Shown: positions 62,568 to 64,000 of the stretch, in pieces
Layout: each line of letters starts with the position of its first letter
How positions within the stretch are numbered: the stretch's first letter is position 1
NCBI GenBank assembly: GCA_964016885.1
Contig: OZ024743.1
Coordinates: 290,780,001-290,844,000 of the forward strand
Source of the DNA: Eledone cirrhosa
Lineage: Eukaryota
Direction: 5' to 3'
Length of the DNA: 64,000 nt
Notes under the pieces: model-generated
Database searches by the model: none
What the model saw: only the letters and a program-made list of their open reading frames with translations
What the model was told of the DNA's origin: nothing
Translations under genes and position numbers: made by a program

Positions 62568-64000
62568 GTTCTTTTAGTCTCAGTCATCGATGTTAGTTAA
62601 CTGGAAAGTTTGTTGAAATGAATATCAAGCCACTACCTTCAGCCTCAGATATTCAGGACGTATCGGAGGGTTCTTGCTGTTCCCAGCAAGCATGCCTTTT
62701 GAAGCGTTCCAAAAACAGCGTGGCAGGGCCAATTTTCTTTATCCATCCCTGGAAACTTTTTGAGATAGTACCTAGTGCGCCTAAGACAATCGGGGCCACT
62801 TTGACTTCATGGCAGTTCCAAATCCTTTTTACCTCCCACTTTAAGTCCTGGTATTGGTTAATTTTCTCCCTCTCCTTCTCTTGCACTCTCGTGTCAAAAG
62901 GGCAGGCCACATCCACAATCAGCCACGATATTTTTTCTTTGTCCAAAACCACCAGGTCAGGTCTATTGTGTTCCAGTTGTATCCTAAAATCCCACAGCAC
63001 CTCCACCTGATCGTTTTCTATCACCGCCTCTGTCTTATGCTCATACCACTTCTCAGGATGTGGTAAATAGTTTACTTTGCATAGGTGCCAGTGTTTCACC
63101 CTGCCCATCACATCATGTCACCAGCCCTTATAGTGAGTCTGGGCTAGGTATTTACACTCGGATACAATGTGAGCCACAGTCTCTTCTCTCTCTGCACAGA
63201 TCCTGCACAGTGGGCTAGCCTCCTCCTTGTAAATATGGTGTTTCAACCACTTCGTTTTGAGTGTCTGCTCTTGCGCAGCCATTAACATTCCTTCTGTAGC
63301 CTTTTTAAGGTCTCCTCTTTTCAACCAGTTCCATGTCTGTGGATCTCTGAATTCAGTTTTCTCAAAGAAGGTACTATGAAGGGATTTTTCCTGAAGGCTG
63401 CATTTTCTACTTGTTGTTATTTCCTCCTTGGACATCCCTTGGTCTATTGTCCTCGCCTTCAGTACAGTTCTGAGCATTGGCTCCTTACTATCAGTCACGT
63501 AATTGTGTAGGTTGTTTTTCTCCATCTGAACACAGTCCTCTATGCTGATAAGACCTCTTCCACCTTCAGGTCTCCTTAAGTAGAGTCTATCGACATAACT
63601 CCTCTTGTGGAACATGTTGTAGATAGCCAATAGCTTCCTAGTCTTCCTATCCATTTCTTTTTGTTCAGCAACATTCCATCTCAGAATTCCCGCACTGTAC
63701 ATAATAATAGACACAGCTCGGGAATTTACTGCACTTATGGCATTCCTACTGTTCAGATTTTACTTTAATACGCTCCTTACTCTCCTAATGTATTCAGTTC
63801 TTATCAATTCCTTCATTTGTTTGTTCTTGATGTCATCAGCCTCCAGAACACACAAATACTTGTATCCATCTTCAGTGTGAATTTCCTTTATCATCTCACC
63901 TGTTGGTACCTGTATTCCGTTGCTTTTGCTCAATTTACCCCTCTTCATCACAAGGACTCCACACTTACTAATACTAAATTGCATACATATATCATTGCTG
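62568..64000 (-). mobile_element. Second R4/Dong-clade LINE, 3' portion (continues beyond window)
   Basis: GGRGLISIED, TEGMLMAAQEQ, CRICAEREETVAHIVSEC, LWDFRIQ..NRPDLVVLD..LIVDVACPFD (RLE), APIVLGALG. Confidence 0.87.

Overview
AT-rich, microsatellite-dense animal DNA with no recognisable host gene. The repeat content suggests an octopod cephalopod (inference). Positions 1-20025 hold four L1/Tx1-clade non-LTR retrotransposons (ORF1 CCHC knuckle; ORF2 APE-RT-Zn finger) arranged strictly head-to-tail. They are separated only by (ATT)n tracts, have no poly(A), and belong to two subfamilies. The array ends tail-to-tail on the same (ATT/AAT)n tract with an R4/Dong-type (restriction-like endonuclease) LINE, and the same Tx1/Dong junction recurs at ~62565. 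Positions 35-60 kb contain two Penelope-like GIY-YIG ORF remnants and many fold-back inverted repeats in (TA)n. At least 12 type I hammerhead ribozyme motifs (about 7 well-formed) sit near the outer ends of these elements. tRNA-derived SINEs, a mariner-type MITE and a probable non-autonomous Helitron are interspersed. All retroelement ORFs are disrupted as assembled.
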